IMG/VR virus record: IMGVR_UViG_3300037483_000742
Coordinates: 1-64,000 of that record
Reading direction: 5' to 3' (one strand)
DNA: 64,000 nt
Origin: a virus
The notes under the pieces were generated by a model. That model had not been told where the DNA came from. It did not search any database and worked only from the letters and a program-made list of their open reading frames with translations. A program made the position numbers and the translations under genes. Positions 1 to 9,400 of this stretch are shown piece after piece. Numbering within the stretch: position 1 is the stretch's first letter; each line of letters starts with the position of its first letter.

Positions 1-3000
1 CAAAATCATTGGCAGCTAATTTAACTTTTGTCAAAGTATCTCCTTGAAGTCTGTCTAAGTATTTTTGACTAAGGAACATTGTTTTAGTCAAACTTCCTTC
101 TTTACCTTGTTCAAAGAATCCACTTTCTTCCCATTCTTTCATTTTGTTGTTAACTTCAGTAACAACCATATTTGAAATTATATCTCCAATTTTCTTTTTA
201 AAGTTTGTTTCAAACCAAGTGATATTAAATACTTCAGGAGCATTAGCCATAAGTGATATAGCTCTTTTACCTGTTTTCTTATCTGTCAAATTATTAAGTT
301 CTGGAATCATCAAGAACATTTGAGCAGCCATGTCATAACCTTTGATGTTAGTCTTCTTAATTGTGCTAACAAAATTGTAGATTCTTTCAAGTTCTGGTCT
401 AACTAATTGAGAATACATAATCTCTTTCAGTTCTTGTTCTATAGTAACATTATTATTAGAATCAATAACAAAATGTTTATTAGTCAAGTTTAATACTGCT
501 GTGTGTAAATCCAACATTTGAGATTTATCAGACATAGTTGGCATAAACATTCTAGCCATTCTAAAATCAACAAAACCTTCTTTACCTATAGTACCATTTA
601 CTTCACCTTGTTCAATATCCTGGAACAAACCTAGCTTAGTTAATTCATGATCTGAATCTGATAAAGCTGTAACTGAATTATCTCCAAATACTTTTTTACC
701 TAATTCTTTCAAAGAAGTAATTCCTAAGTGATCTACATAGAACTTTTCAGCAAATGCTTGATCTGTATTCAACATTTGTAACATATAAGAATGTTTGTTG
801 AAAGACTTATTAAGCAATTGATTTCTGAAATCTTGATTGAACTTCAAATCTTTTGCAACATCAGTTGTATGCTTAGTAGGAGTAAAACCATAGATTGATT
901 TATCTCCATCTCTGAAAGAGTTTGTAGTTGCAAAAGTAGAATACTTACTTTCAATTTTTGCCAAAGTTTTTAGAACATTATTTGCATTATTGAAAGGGTG
1001 ATTGTCAGGATTTTCTTCAAAGGTTGTATCTGCCTTAGTTATTATATTCTGGAGGTAATCAGCAAGTAATCCAAAGATACCAGCAGTAGTTGGAGACTTA
1101 TCAAACATCTGAGGGAAAGTAATATTCACTTTTCCATCATTAGTCATATAAGTAATAGGTTTATTTTTAAGCTCTGATATTGTTTCATCTGATAGACTGA
1201 TACCAAAATCTTCTAACCATTGTCTAAGTTCATTAGAATTGATTTCTACAGTACTTGCATTTCTTCTTGTGCCAGGATTAGCTTTGAATTGTTCTTTCCA
1301 AGAATCAAATCTTTCCAAAAGTAATTTAGCTTTTTGTTTGTTGATTTTGTAAACTCCATCTTCAACATAGGTTAAAGGACTTTGTTTAAAATTAGATTCC
1401 CATTGATTTCTAATAACCCTTGTAATTTCATTTGCATTTGTATCATATACTTTAAGAGTATATGTGTTATCTCTGTTTTTAGAGAACATAACAAATTTCA
1501 TTGACAAAGTATGTCTTGCAAAGTTATAGACAAACTCTTTTTTGATTTGTTCATCAGCAACATTCAGTTCATCAATAACTTGTCTTAACCAAGGAAAATT
1601 AACTACATTATCTTCTAACCTTAATATCATTTCATTGAAGTTAGAATCAATTTCATAAGGAGATGAAATAACTTGTTCTATTGTTGAATAGACAGTATCA
1701 AATCCTACATAAGTTTGAACACCTAAGAATCCTGTTTTAACTCTACCTCCTGCATCCACTTGTTTAATACCAGAGAAAAATCTTTTTAATCTGTAAGAAG
1801 CAGTAGTTTTTCCATTTTCTTCCAAAGAAGATTTAGAATAATTTTTTTCTTGTTCTGTAGAAGCATCTTCAATTTCAACTACAGACATTTTTGACTCTTG
1901 AATACCTGTATACTTGAATAATTTTTCAAGTGCTTTATCCTGGATATTAGGCCAGTTATTTTTGATTGTATTAAAGATTTCAATTTCAGTTTCCATCTTG
2001 CTAATGAGAGTAGTCATTTTCTCATTAGGATTATCTAAATTGATTTTTTTAAGATTCTCAATTATAGATTGAGTTTTTTGTTTCTTAGGTTCAATCAAAT
2101 TAAAGTAAGCATCCTTAATATCTTTAAGAAGCATTTCTTTACTGACAGCAGTTTTATGTTTGAAGTCTACTTTACTTGTAATTTCATTAAAGATATAATC
2201 TACAACTTGAAAATCTTGAAGGATAGAAAGTCCTGTAGTTCCATCTATCTCTTCTTTCATCAATTGAATCATTTCATCAGTTATCACTATTGGTGCATAA
2301 TCTGAATCTTCATTTAATTGTTCTAAGATAAATTGCAAACTAGGATCATCTTCAGGAACTCCCAATTCTCTAAGAGCAGCTAAACTCTCTCTTAAAGTTT
2401 GTTTTACATCAATATCTAAAGCTGCTCTTTTAGCTTTAGTTTCTTTCTGAACTTCTTCGGCAGCTACTTGTGATATTGCTGATTCAACTTTTGTCATTGG
2501 TTTTTCTTCTACTATTTTAGTAGCAGCTTCTTCAATAACTGTAGGATTAGCTTTTTGCTCTACAACAGCTTTATTCTGTAGATCATTACTTTCTTTAAAA
2601 GTAATTACAGGTTGAATAATAGTTACAAAATTTGGTTTTCCTTCTTCTCCAATATCAAAAGATTTTACATTAGTTTTTAATGCAGATTTTAGATATTCTT
2701 CATAATTTTTTGTTGGAGTAACAGAACCATCAAAATTAATCATAGCCATTGTATTCTTCCTGGCTAATCCTTTTTTAGATACATTTTGAGTAGACTTATT
2801 GATAATGGTATTGAATGTTCCCAACATTGACTTCATTTGTGCTGGACCACCTTGATCAGAAATTTTTCTAGGGTGAATATACAGGGTAGTATTTTTTCCT
2901 GAAATAGGAACCCCTTTGATACCAAAAACTAAACTTCCTTTCTGTACTGAAACATAAGGAGTACCATGAGCAATTTTTGAATTTGCTTGTACACTATTAG

Positions 3001-6000
3001 TAATATCTTGAGTGCCATTAAATTTACCTACAACAGTAGGAATAAACATATTTATGTAAGTTTCAAAATCTTCTCTTCTGAATAAATCCAAACCAGAGAT
3101 TTTTAAAACTTCATTTCTTATCTGTTTGTTTTTAGCATTATCGGAAGCCATACTATTCTCATCAAATTGGAACAAGTAAACTTCTACAGCTTTTTGTACT
3201 GTAGTGATAGATGCAGGAGAAAGTTTATCTCTCAAAACTTTGAAAGCCATGTATTCATTGACTCCTGTTTGTCTGATGTCATAAGTATGACCTCTTTCAA
3301 AAAGTTGTTCATTGATTAAAACTTTTCCATCTGTCTCAAATATTTTACCATTGACAACTAATTCTCCCTGGTCATTAGCAATACCAATTTGAGTTTGTGG
3401 ATTAGCTTGTTGTAAAGTTAATGCAGGTTGATCTTTATTAATTGTCTTAAAAGTTCCTGGTCTTTTTTCTTCAATTTCAATAGAAACAGAACTTTTAGTA
3501 ATTACTTTGGTTCTAAGATCAGTAAGATTTTTTCTAGCTTCAGTAATGATTTCAGATTGTTTAGCTAAATCATCTTTAAAGCCAACATTGATACCATTAT
3601 ACCAATCATTGCTGTGAATAAAAAATACTCCTTCACCTTCAGAATCAAAAGCAATCATAGGAACTTTTTCAACCCATCTTGGATTAAGTTCTTTATTGTT
3701 TACTATTTGAACTTCACCAATACTAACTTCAAAGTTATTTCCATTTACTACTATTGTAGCAGCAGCACTTCCATTATTAGCCACTCTAATTTCAGTGACA
3801 GAAAAAGTATTTCCTACTTCTCCTAATTCTTTTAAAGTTCTTAATTCTGAAACATCAGTAATATTCAAGTCTTCAATAATTTCTTGAATGTTGTTGTAGC
3901 CTTTTTTACTTTCTGTTATTGGCTCTCCTTTTTTATTTGAATTTAAAGTTTCAAAGTTTATAATATTAATACCATCTCTAGTAGTGATATTAATTTTTAC
4001 TGATACCAAACCACTACCATCATTTTTCTTTTTATATGGTTTAGAGAAATTAGTATTTAAACTTTTTGTTTCGTTATACTGGTTGACATTAAATCTTTGT
4101 TCCCATTGTCCAAAGGTCATTGATGGCCCTTTTGTATAATCATCTAGCCAGGTAGCTACTTTAATCTCTTTGAAATTATGAGGGATAGTTACAGTCAATT
4201 TAGTTCCTTTACCAAATTTATTTGGATCGAGTAATTTATTTGAATTTACATCTGAAGCATCATTTAATTCTTCAGATGTATCTGTGTCAACAATAGTTTT
4301 TTCACCATCAACATCAAGAATTTCTCTTTTGTAAGGAATTGATAAGTGAGCTGCTTTCAAAACAGGAGAAGAAGTTCTGAAAGGATTAGTGTCTTTGATA
4401 ATAGGTTGATTTGTATTATTATCAAGAGCAACAGTAGGAGATTTTTTATTTACTGTATCACTAATATTTTTTTCATTTTGAGTTGAAATTTTTTCAATAC
4501 TTTCTCCTTCAATCATGTCTTCAGCTATATTCAAAATATTTGAAGTCATTGAAGTTCTATCTTTAAAAATTTCATTGTACACAGCATCAAAATCTGCTAC
4601 AGGAAAATCATTAGCTTTCCATCCTTCAATCAAAGCATTAAAAGCTCTATCAGTTGCTTCTTTAGTATTGTGTTTAATAAAATCTCTTACAAAATCAGAG
4701 AAGGTTGGTTCTTTTTTCAAGTCTGCTTTTAGACTTGCAACATAATCACCAACTGAAGTTTTTAGTTTCTCTAATTGTTTTGGAGTAAATTCTCCTAACT
4801 GTGCAGGTTGAAAAAGATCATCATTGTTAATGATTATTGCATCTCCTTTTTTATCAATGCCTAAATCTTTAACAATTTCAGAAGATTTTTTCTCTCTGTC
4901 TTTGTTAGGTTTTAATTCATCTACTGTAGGTGTAACTACATCTCCAAATGGAGTAGAAGTAACTTTTGCTGGTTTATCTGCTACATTTGATCTATTTATT
5001 TCATCTTCTGTAGGAGCTACAACAGCACCAAAAGGAGTATCAACATTTCCAGCATTTGCAAAATCTTTAATTTCTACTTGCTCAGATTTAGCATTAATCT
5101 TTTGCTCCATCTCTGGAGTCAAATTACCTTCTTGTTTGAGACTTTCTTTTGCTTGATCTAAAGCCTCTTTATTTTTTGCTTTTGAAACTTTTTTCTTAGC
5201 TCTTTCAATTCTTTCTTGTTTTTGATTTTTAGGGTCTTTCCAATAAGCTAATCTTTCAGTTAAATTAGCCTGGTGATCCTGCATCTCATAAATATTAATT
5301 TGCTCTTTTAGAATTTTAGTACTATCAATAGCATCCAATAATCTTGAATCTTTTGCTCTACCTTTATACTTTTTGTTTTCCTCTTCAATAGTCTTTAACT
5401 CCTGATTAATTTCTCCAATTCTTTCTCTTTGTTCTGAAGTAATAGAATCATGTTTTGCTTTAGACAATAAAGCCATTCTTTCAGTAAACAAATTATATTT
5501 TTGTTTACCAATATCTGAAAGTTGCAAATAAGTTTTATCAGTAGATTTAAAATCATTTATAGTTTTCTGACTTCTATTTTCATATTCAGTAAGTTCTTCA
5601 AGTAATTTAGAAGTATGTGTGATTTGCAAAGCAGCGTTGAAATCATTAGTAGACTCTAAAGTAGAAATTAACTTTTCTTTAATGTTTACTGCATCATCAA
5701 TATATTTACCAAAATTTTCAGTTATGTAAGAAACATCTTGAGGTTCAGTAATACCATAGATTTTCATTTTTTCTATGTTATTACTTTCAGCAGCTTCTTT
5801 CATATCTTTCAAAGTAGAAACATAAGATTCAAAAGCAGTTTCTTTTTGGTTCATCAAATCCATTTTCAAGGATTCAAAAACACTATTTACCTGCATTCTA
5901 TTTCTTATAATATCTGCTTTTTCAATATCTCCATTATCAACAGCTACTTTCAAATCTGCTGTATCATCTTTGATTCTTTTTGCAACATTCATCAAGAAAT

Positions 6001-7195
6001 CATCATACTCTGCTTCTTGTTTTTTGACTTCAGTTCCTTTAGTCAAATTGTTTACTCTCTTACCAATAAATCTGAAAGCACCACCACCTATAGCACCTCC
6101 TATCATGGAATCTCTCATTTCATCATCATCAAACCATCTATCAATTAGATCAGCTCTTTCTACAATTCCATCAGCTAAACCAATTTTGTATTGAGCCTCT
6201 TTTCCTATACCAGTTTGAAATCCTTCTTCAATAGCTTCACCAGCTATATTAACTCCATAGTCAGCTAATTTTTTTACATACTTATTTTGAACTCCTTTGA
6301 AAGCAATATCTCCTAAAGTTTCAAAGCCTCCTGAAAATCCTAAATTAGGAGTTTTTTTCATGAAAGGATTGTATTTACCAAGACTTGCAAATTGAAGTGC
6401 ATTCATTGTCATTAATGGTAATACTTCCATTCTGAATCCTAAAGTAGAAGCTTCATTTGCTTTTTTCTTTGCTGTTTCTTCATCCCAACCTGCATCAAGA
6501 TATTTCCTATAAGTTTGTTCACCAGTTTGAAGACCATTCATGTAAGCTTCTTTGATACCCTGGTAAGAACCAAAGACCATTGGATTACTTAAAATAGAAG
6601 TTCCTTTACTTAGAAGTTTAAGACCACTACCTGAAACTTTTTTCAACAATGCAGCTTCAGCAAACATCTCAGCAATTATACCAACAGAATAACCAGTTGA
6701 TTGTAATTGTTTACCCCAATATTCAAATGAAAAAGGAGAATTATCTCCGCCTTGATAAATATGAAATTTATCATTTGAATATTGCATTAAATCATTAGCC
6801 CATTCATGAAGAATATTTCCATATCTTTCTTCAGTATTTCCCATAGACATATTATAAATGCCTACAACATCATTAGAAGAAACACCTTCTAAGAATCCAG
6901 CAGCTACATTTATAAGACCTCCTACAGCAGTATTGTAAGCTACATCAATAGCAGACTGCTCTGAATAACCTAATCTTTCCCAATTTTTAGAATTACTAAA
7001 TGGGTCTAAGGGAACATCCTTATTAAGTTCTGCATAATGTCCTGTAAGAGTGGCTCCTCTCCTTTGATTGGCAGAGGTTATACCAGTAATATTACCTGAA
7101 GCATAAGTATCAGGAGTATCAATAGTTTCTTTAGTTTCTCTTAGTTGGTCAAAAAATGATTTTTCTACTGTTCCTTTTACTTCTTCTTCTGGCAT
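1..7195 (-). CDS. Giant virion (cargo) protein, probable crAss-like virion RNA polymerase polyprotein; >2398 aa, 3' end outside the window
   Basis: ATG at 7195 (MPEEEVKGTVEKSFFDQLRE...). Frame spot-checked open near 7000, 4000, 540 and 1. Absent from the ORF track because no stop lies in the window. Contains RMFMPTMSDKSQM near 520-560, resembling a PTxxDK motif of crAss-type vRNAPs, and follows the cargo genes. The catalytic DxDxD motif was not seen in the window. Confidence 0.75.
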   Translation of the reverse strand, partial: MPEEEVKGTVEKSFFDQLRETKETIDTPDTYASGNITGITSANQRRGATLTGHYAELNKDVPLDPFSNSKNWERLGYSEQSAIDVAYNTAVGGLINVAAGFLEGVSSNDVVGIYNMSMGNTEERYGNILHEWANDLMQYSNDKFHIYQGGDNSPFSFEYWGKQLQSTGYSVGIIAEMFAEAALLKKVSGSGLKLLSKGTSILSNPMVFGSYQGIKEAYMNGLQTGEQTYRKYLDAGWDEETAKKKANEASTLGFRMEVLPLMTMNALQFASLGKYNPFMKKTPNLGFSGGFETLGDIAFKGVQNKYVKKLADYGVNIAGEAIEEGFQTGIGKEAQYKIGLADGIVERADLIDRWFDDDEMRDSMIGGAIGGGAFRFIGKRVNNLTKGTEVKKQEAEYDDFLMNVAKRIKDDTADLKVAVDNGDIEKADIIRNRMQVNSVFESLKMDLMNQKETAFESYVSTLKDMKEAAESNNIEKMKIYGITEPQDVSYITENFGKYIDDAVNIKEKLISTLESTNDFNAALQITHTSKLLEELTEYENRSQKTINDFKSTDKTYLQLSDIGKQKYNLFTERMALLSKAKHDSITSEQRERIGEINQELKTIEEENKKYKGRAKDSRLLDAIDSTKILKEQINIYEMQDHQANLTERLAYWKDPKNQKQERIERAKKKVSKAKNKEALDQAKESLKQEGNLTPEMEQKINAKSEQVEIKDFANAGNVDTPFGAVVAPTEDEINRSNVADKPAKVTSTPFGDVVTPTVDELKPNKDREKKSSEIVKDLGIDKKGDAIIINNDDLFQPAQLGEFTPKQLEKLKTSVGDYVASLKADLKKEPTFSDFVRDFIKHNTKEATDRAFNALIEGWKANDFPVADFDAVYNEIFKDRTSMTSNILNIAEDMIEGESIEKISTQNEKNISDTVNKKSPTVALDNNTNQPIIKDTNPFRTSSPVLKAAHLSIPYKREILDVDGEKTIVDTDTSEELNDASDVNSNKLLDPNKFGKGTKLTVTIPHNFKEIKVATWLDDYTKGPSMTFGQWEQRFNVNQYNETKSLNTNFSKPYKKKNDGSGLVSVKINITTRDGINIINFETLNSNKKGEPITESKKGYNNIQEIIEDLNITDVSELRTLKELGEVGNTFSVTEIRVANNGSAAATIVVNGNNFEVSIGEVQIVNNKELNPRWVEKVPMIAFDSEGEGVFFIHSNDWYNGINVGFKDDLAKQSEIITEARKNLTDLRTKVITKSSVSIEIEEKRPGTFKTINKDQPALTLQQANPQTQIGIANDQGELVVNGKIFETDGKVLINEQLFERGHTYDIRQTGVNEYMAFKVLRDKLSPASITTVQKAVEVYLFQFDENSMASDNAKNKQIRNEVLKISGLDLFRREDFETYINMFIPTVVGKFNGTQDITNSVQANSKIAHGTPYVSVQKGSLVFGIKGVPISGKNTTLYIHPRKISDQGGPAQMKSMLGTFNTIINKSTQNVSKKGLARKNTMAMINFDGSVTPTKNYEEYLKSALKTNVKSFDIGEEGKPNFVTIIQPVITFKESNDLQNKAVVEQKANPTVIEEAATKIVEEKPMTKVESAISQVAAEEVQKETKAKRAALDIDVKQTLRESLAALRELGVPEDDPSLQFILEQLNEDSDYAPIVITDEMIQLMKEEIDGTTGLSILQDFQVVDYIFNEITSKVDFKHKTAVSKEMLLKDIKDAYFNLIEPKKQKTQSIIENLKKINLDNPNEKMTTLISKMETEIEIFNTIKNNWPNIQDKALEKLFKYTGIQESKMSVVEIEDASTEQEKNYSKSSLEENGKTTASYRLKRFFSGIKQVDAGGRVKTGFLGVQTYVGFDTVYSTIEQVISSPYEIDSNFNEMILRLEDNVVNFPWLRQVIDELNVADEQIKKEFVYNFARHTLSMKFVMFSKNRDNTYTLKVYDTNANEITRVIRNQWESNFKQSPLTYVEDGVYKINKQKAKLLLERFDSWKEQFKANPGTRRNASTVEINSNELRQWLEDFGISLSDETISELKNKPITYMTNDGKVNITFPQMFDKSPTTAGIFGLLADYLQNIITKADTTFEENPDNHPFNNANNVLKTLAKIESKYSTFATTNSFRDGDKSIYGFTPTKHTTDVAKDLKFNQDFRNQLLNKSFNKHSYMLQMLNTDQAFAEKFYVDHLGITSLKELGKKVFGDNSVTALSDSDHELTKLGLFQDIEQGEVNGTIGKEGFVDFRMARMFMPTMSDKSQMLDLHTAVLNLTNKHFVIDSNNNVTIEQELKEIMYSQLVRPELERIYNFVSTIKKTNIKGYDMAAQMFLMIPELNNLTDKKTGKRAISLMANAPEVFNITWFETNFKKKIGDIISNMVVTEVNNKMKEWEESGFFEQGKEGSLTKTMFLSQKYLDRLQGDTLTKVKLAANDF

Positions 7196-7198
7196 ATT

Positions 7199-9400
7199 TT
7201 AAGGCATTGCATACATTGTCCTAACAAAGTGCTGCATATTATCAAATACAGCTTCAGGTTCACTATTCAAATTTGCATCAGGGTCTCTGACTAAAACTTG
7301 ATCGCCAACCAATTCCAAAGATAACAATTCTCCGTTAACTTTAGTAACAATTGACTTAGTTCCTGCTGAATTTGTTCCAGTAGCATTTAGGTTATGCAAT
7401 AAATTAGAAGAAGTCCTATCAGACATTTCTAGGAAATATTGAGAATTTGGATCAACTCCTTGCATAGATAAGTTGATCAGAACATTGCCAGAAGCTGTAT
7501 TACCCTCATTAGGAAGGATATAATAAGCTTCTCCATCTATAATAGTTTGTACTGCCATTTCTCCATGTGAGTTTGAAGATGTGACATATAAAGGCCCACT
7601 TTTAGGTAAATTTTGTATTTGCTCAGAATAATCTTCAACAATATCTCCATCTTTATCAACCATATAATAGTTCTGATAATTACTGGTTAACTCTTGATAC
7701 ATTGAATTATTAACATCAATATTGTTTATTGGTTGTAAAGAAATTTGAGCAGGTTTTCTGTAAACATCTGTATACCAAGTATTTCTAGCTTCTTCATAAG
7801 CATTACCTGCTTCATAAACAGCATCCCAATCTGCTGCTGCTTCTGATTTAGTCCAGGATGGTGTCCATCTAGCAGAGTTAGCCCAATTTTGAGCTGTAGA
7901 ATTATTTACACTATCATCCTTAACATAGATACCTTTTCTCTTCTCTAAGAACTCTCTAGACAGTTCTTCACTATGTTTTCTATCTCCTAAAAAATTGAAG
8001 TATTCTTCAGCTTTAAAAGATGTACCATCAGATAAAGTAATTGTCTTACTGCCTTCTGCCTTGACAGCATATTGGGTAGAATTGTTCCATCTTTGCCAAG
8101 CTGCATATTCTGTAGTTCCTGGCCTTGCATAAATATGACTTTTACCATCATTGAAAGTAGGACTAGCTTCTCTATTTGCTTCTACAATTGCTGCATCATC
8201 ATCAACATTTGCTGGAGGAGGAGCTATAACTCCTAAAGTTTCTTTTGCATTAATTGTATTCAAAATATCCAATGCACCTGCATCACCTTGAGCTGCTTTT
8301 AATTGTAATTCATCTTTGTATGCTTTTTGATCTGCTTCTCCTTGAAGTGCATACTTAGTGTACAACATATTCAAGTCTCCAGCTTGTCTCAATTTTTCAA
8401 GCTCCATTGCTCCTTGTTGTCTCAATCTTTCAGTACTTCTAGTTTGACTTCCTTGAGCTGCTATTGTACCATATTGATCTTCTTCAAGAGTTCTTTCACT
8501 GAAACTGTAAGTCTGTGAAACAGCAGCTAAATCTGAATAAAAAGCATTAGTAGGATCAAGTTGTTTCTTCACTAATTTTTTATCTGCTTCAGGAAGTTTT
8601 GTATACTCATCATAAGTAATCACTTTTCCATTTCCATCAACTAAATTGAAAGCATTTAATGGTCTTCCATTTTCATCTACATAACCTTCTTCTCCAAGAA
8701 CATTACCCATTTGATTTACATAACCCTGATAGTTTTTATCACTGATCAAAGTATTCCAGGCAATATTTGAAACTTCATCTTCACTTAACCATTTATCACC
8801 AATTTTATACATTCCATTACTTTGTTCTGTAGAACTAGCTTTAATGTTTTCAAATTGTTTAGTGTAACCTTGAATTAAATCTGGTTTATCAATTCCTTTT
8901 TGACCTGCAAATCTAGCTTGGCTATCTTCACTAGCTCTTGTGACAAGATCATTATAATAATGACTATTCAGTTTATTGTAAAGAGTAGGATTTGATTCTT
9001 TCAAATCTTTATTCTCTTCAACCCAATTTTGATAATCACCTAATCTTTTTTCAATTTGATACCATTCTCCACTATTTTTATCTTGCAACATTTCTTTTTG
9101 CAAAGCTTTAATAGCTGGCATGTGTTTCTGATACTCCAAAGGATTTTTGTAAATAGCTTCTGTAATGCCAGTTATACCATTTGAATATTTTTCTTGAAGC
9201 TTTTTTACTCTTTCATTTTCAGCATCAAAATTCAAATGTTGTACTTGATCTACTGCTCCTTCAAGTAAATCTGTTCTTGAAATTAATTCATCAGTCCTGG
9301 CTTCATGTGTACCAAGAACACCTTGCATAAGGTCAATAGGAGCCTTATACATATTATCATCAACAAATTTTGGTGTTGGACTTTGATAAAATCTACCCAT
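7199..9400 (-). CDS. Virion cargo (ejection) protein 2
   Basis: 733 aa, helical N-terminus, lies between cargo 1 and the giant protein as in crAss-like synteny. Confidence 0.6.
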   Translation of the reverse strand: MGRFYQSPTPKFVDDNMYKAPIDLMQGVLGTHEARTDELISRTDLLEGAVDQVQHLNFDAENERVKKLQEKYSNGITGITEAIYKNPLEYQKHMPAIKALQKEMLQDKNSGEWYQIEKRLGDYQNWVEENKDLKESNPTLYNKLNSHYYNDLVTRASEDSQARFAGQKGIDKPDLIQGYTKQFENIKASSTEQSNGMYKIGDKWLSEDEVSNIAWNTLISDKNYQGYVNQMGNVLGEEGYVDENGRPLNAFNLVDGNGKVITYDEYTKLPEADKKLVKKQLDPTNAFYSDLAAVSQTYSFSERTLEEDQYGTIAAQGSQTRSTERLRQQGAMELEKLRQAGDLNMLYTKYALQGEADQKAYKDELQLKAAQGDAGALDILNTINAKETLGVIAPPPANVDDDAAIVEANREASPTFNDGKSHIYARPGTTEYAAWQRWNNSTQYAVKAEGSKTITLSDGTSFKAEEYFNFLGDRKHSEELSREFLEKRKGIYVKDDSVNNSTAQNWANSARWTPSWTKSEAAADWDAVYEAGNAYEEARNTWYTDVYRKPAQISLQPINNIDVNNSMYQELTSNYQNYYMVDKDGDIVEDYSEQIQNLPKSGPLYVTSSNSHGEMAVQTIIDGEAYYILPNEGNTASGNVLINLSMQGVDPNSQYFLEMSDRTSSNLLHNLNATGTNSAGTKSIVTKVNGELLSLELVGDQVLVRDPDANLNSEPEAVFDNMQHFVRTMYAMP

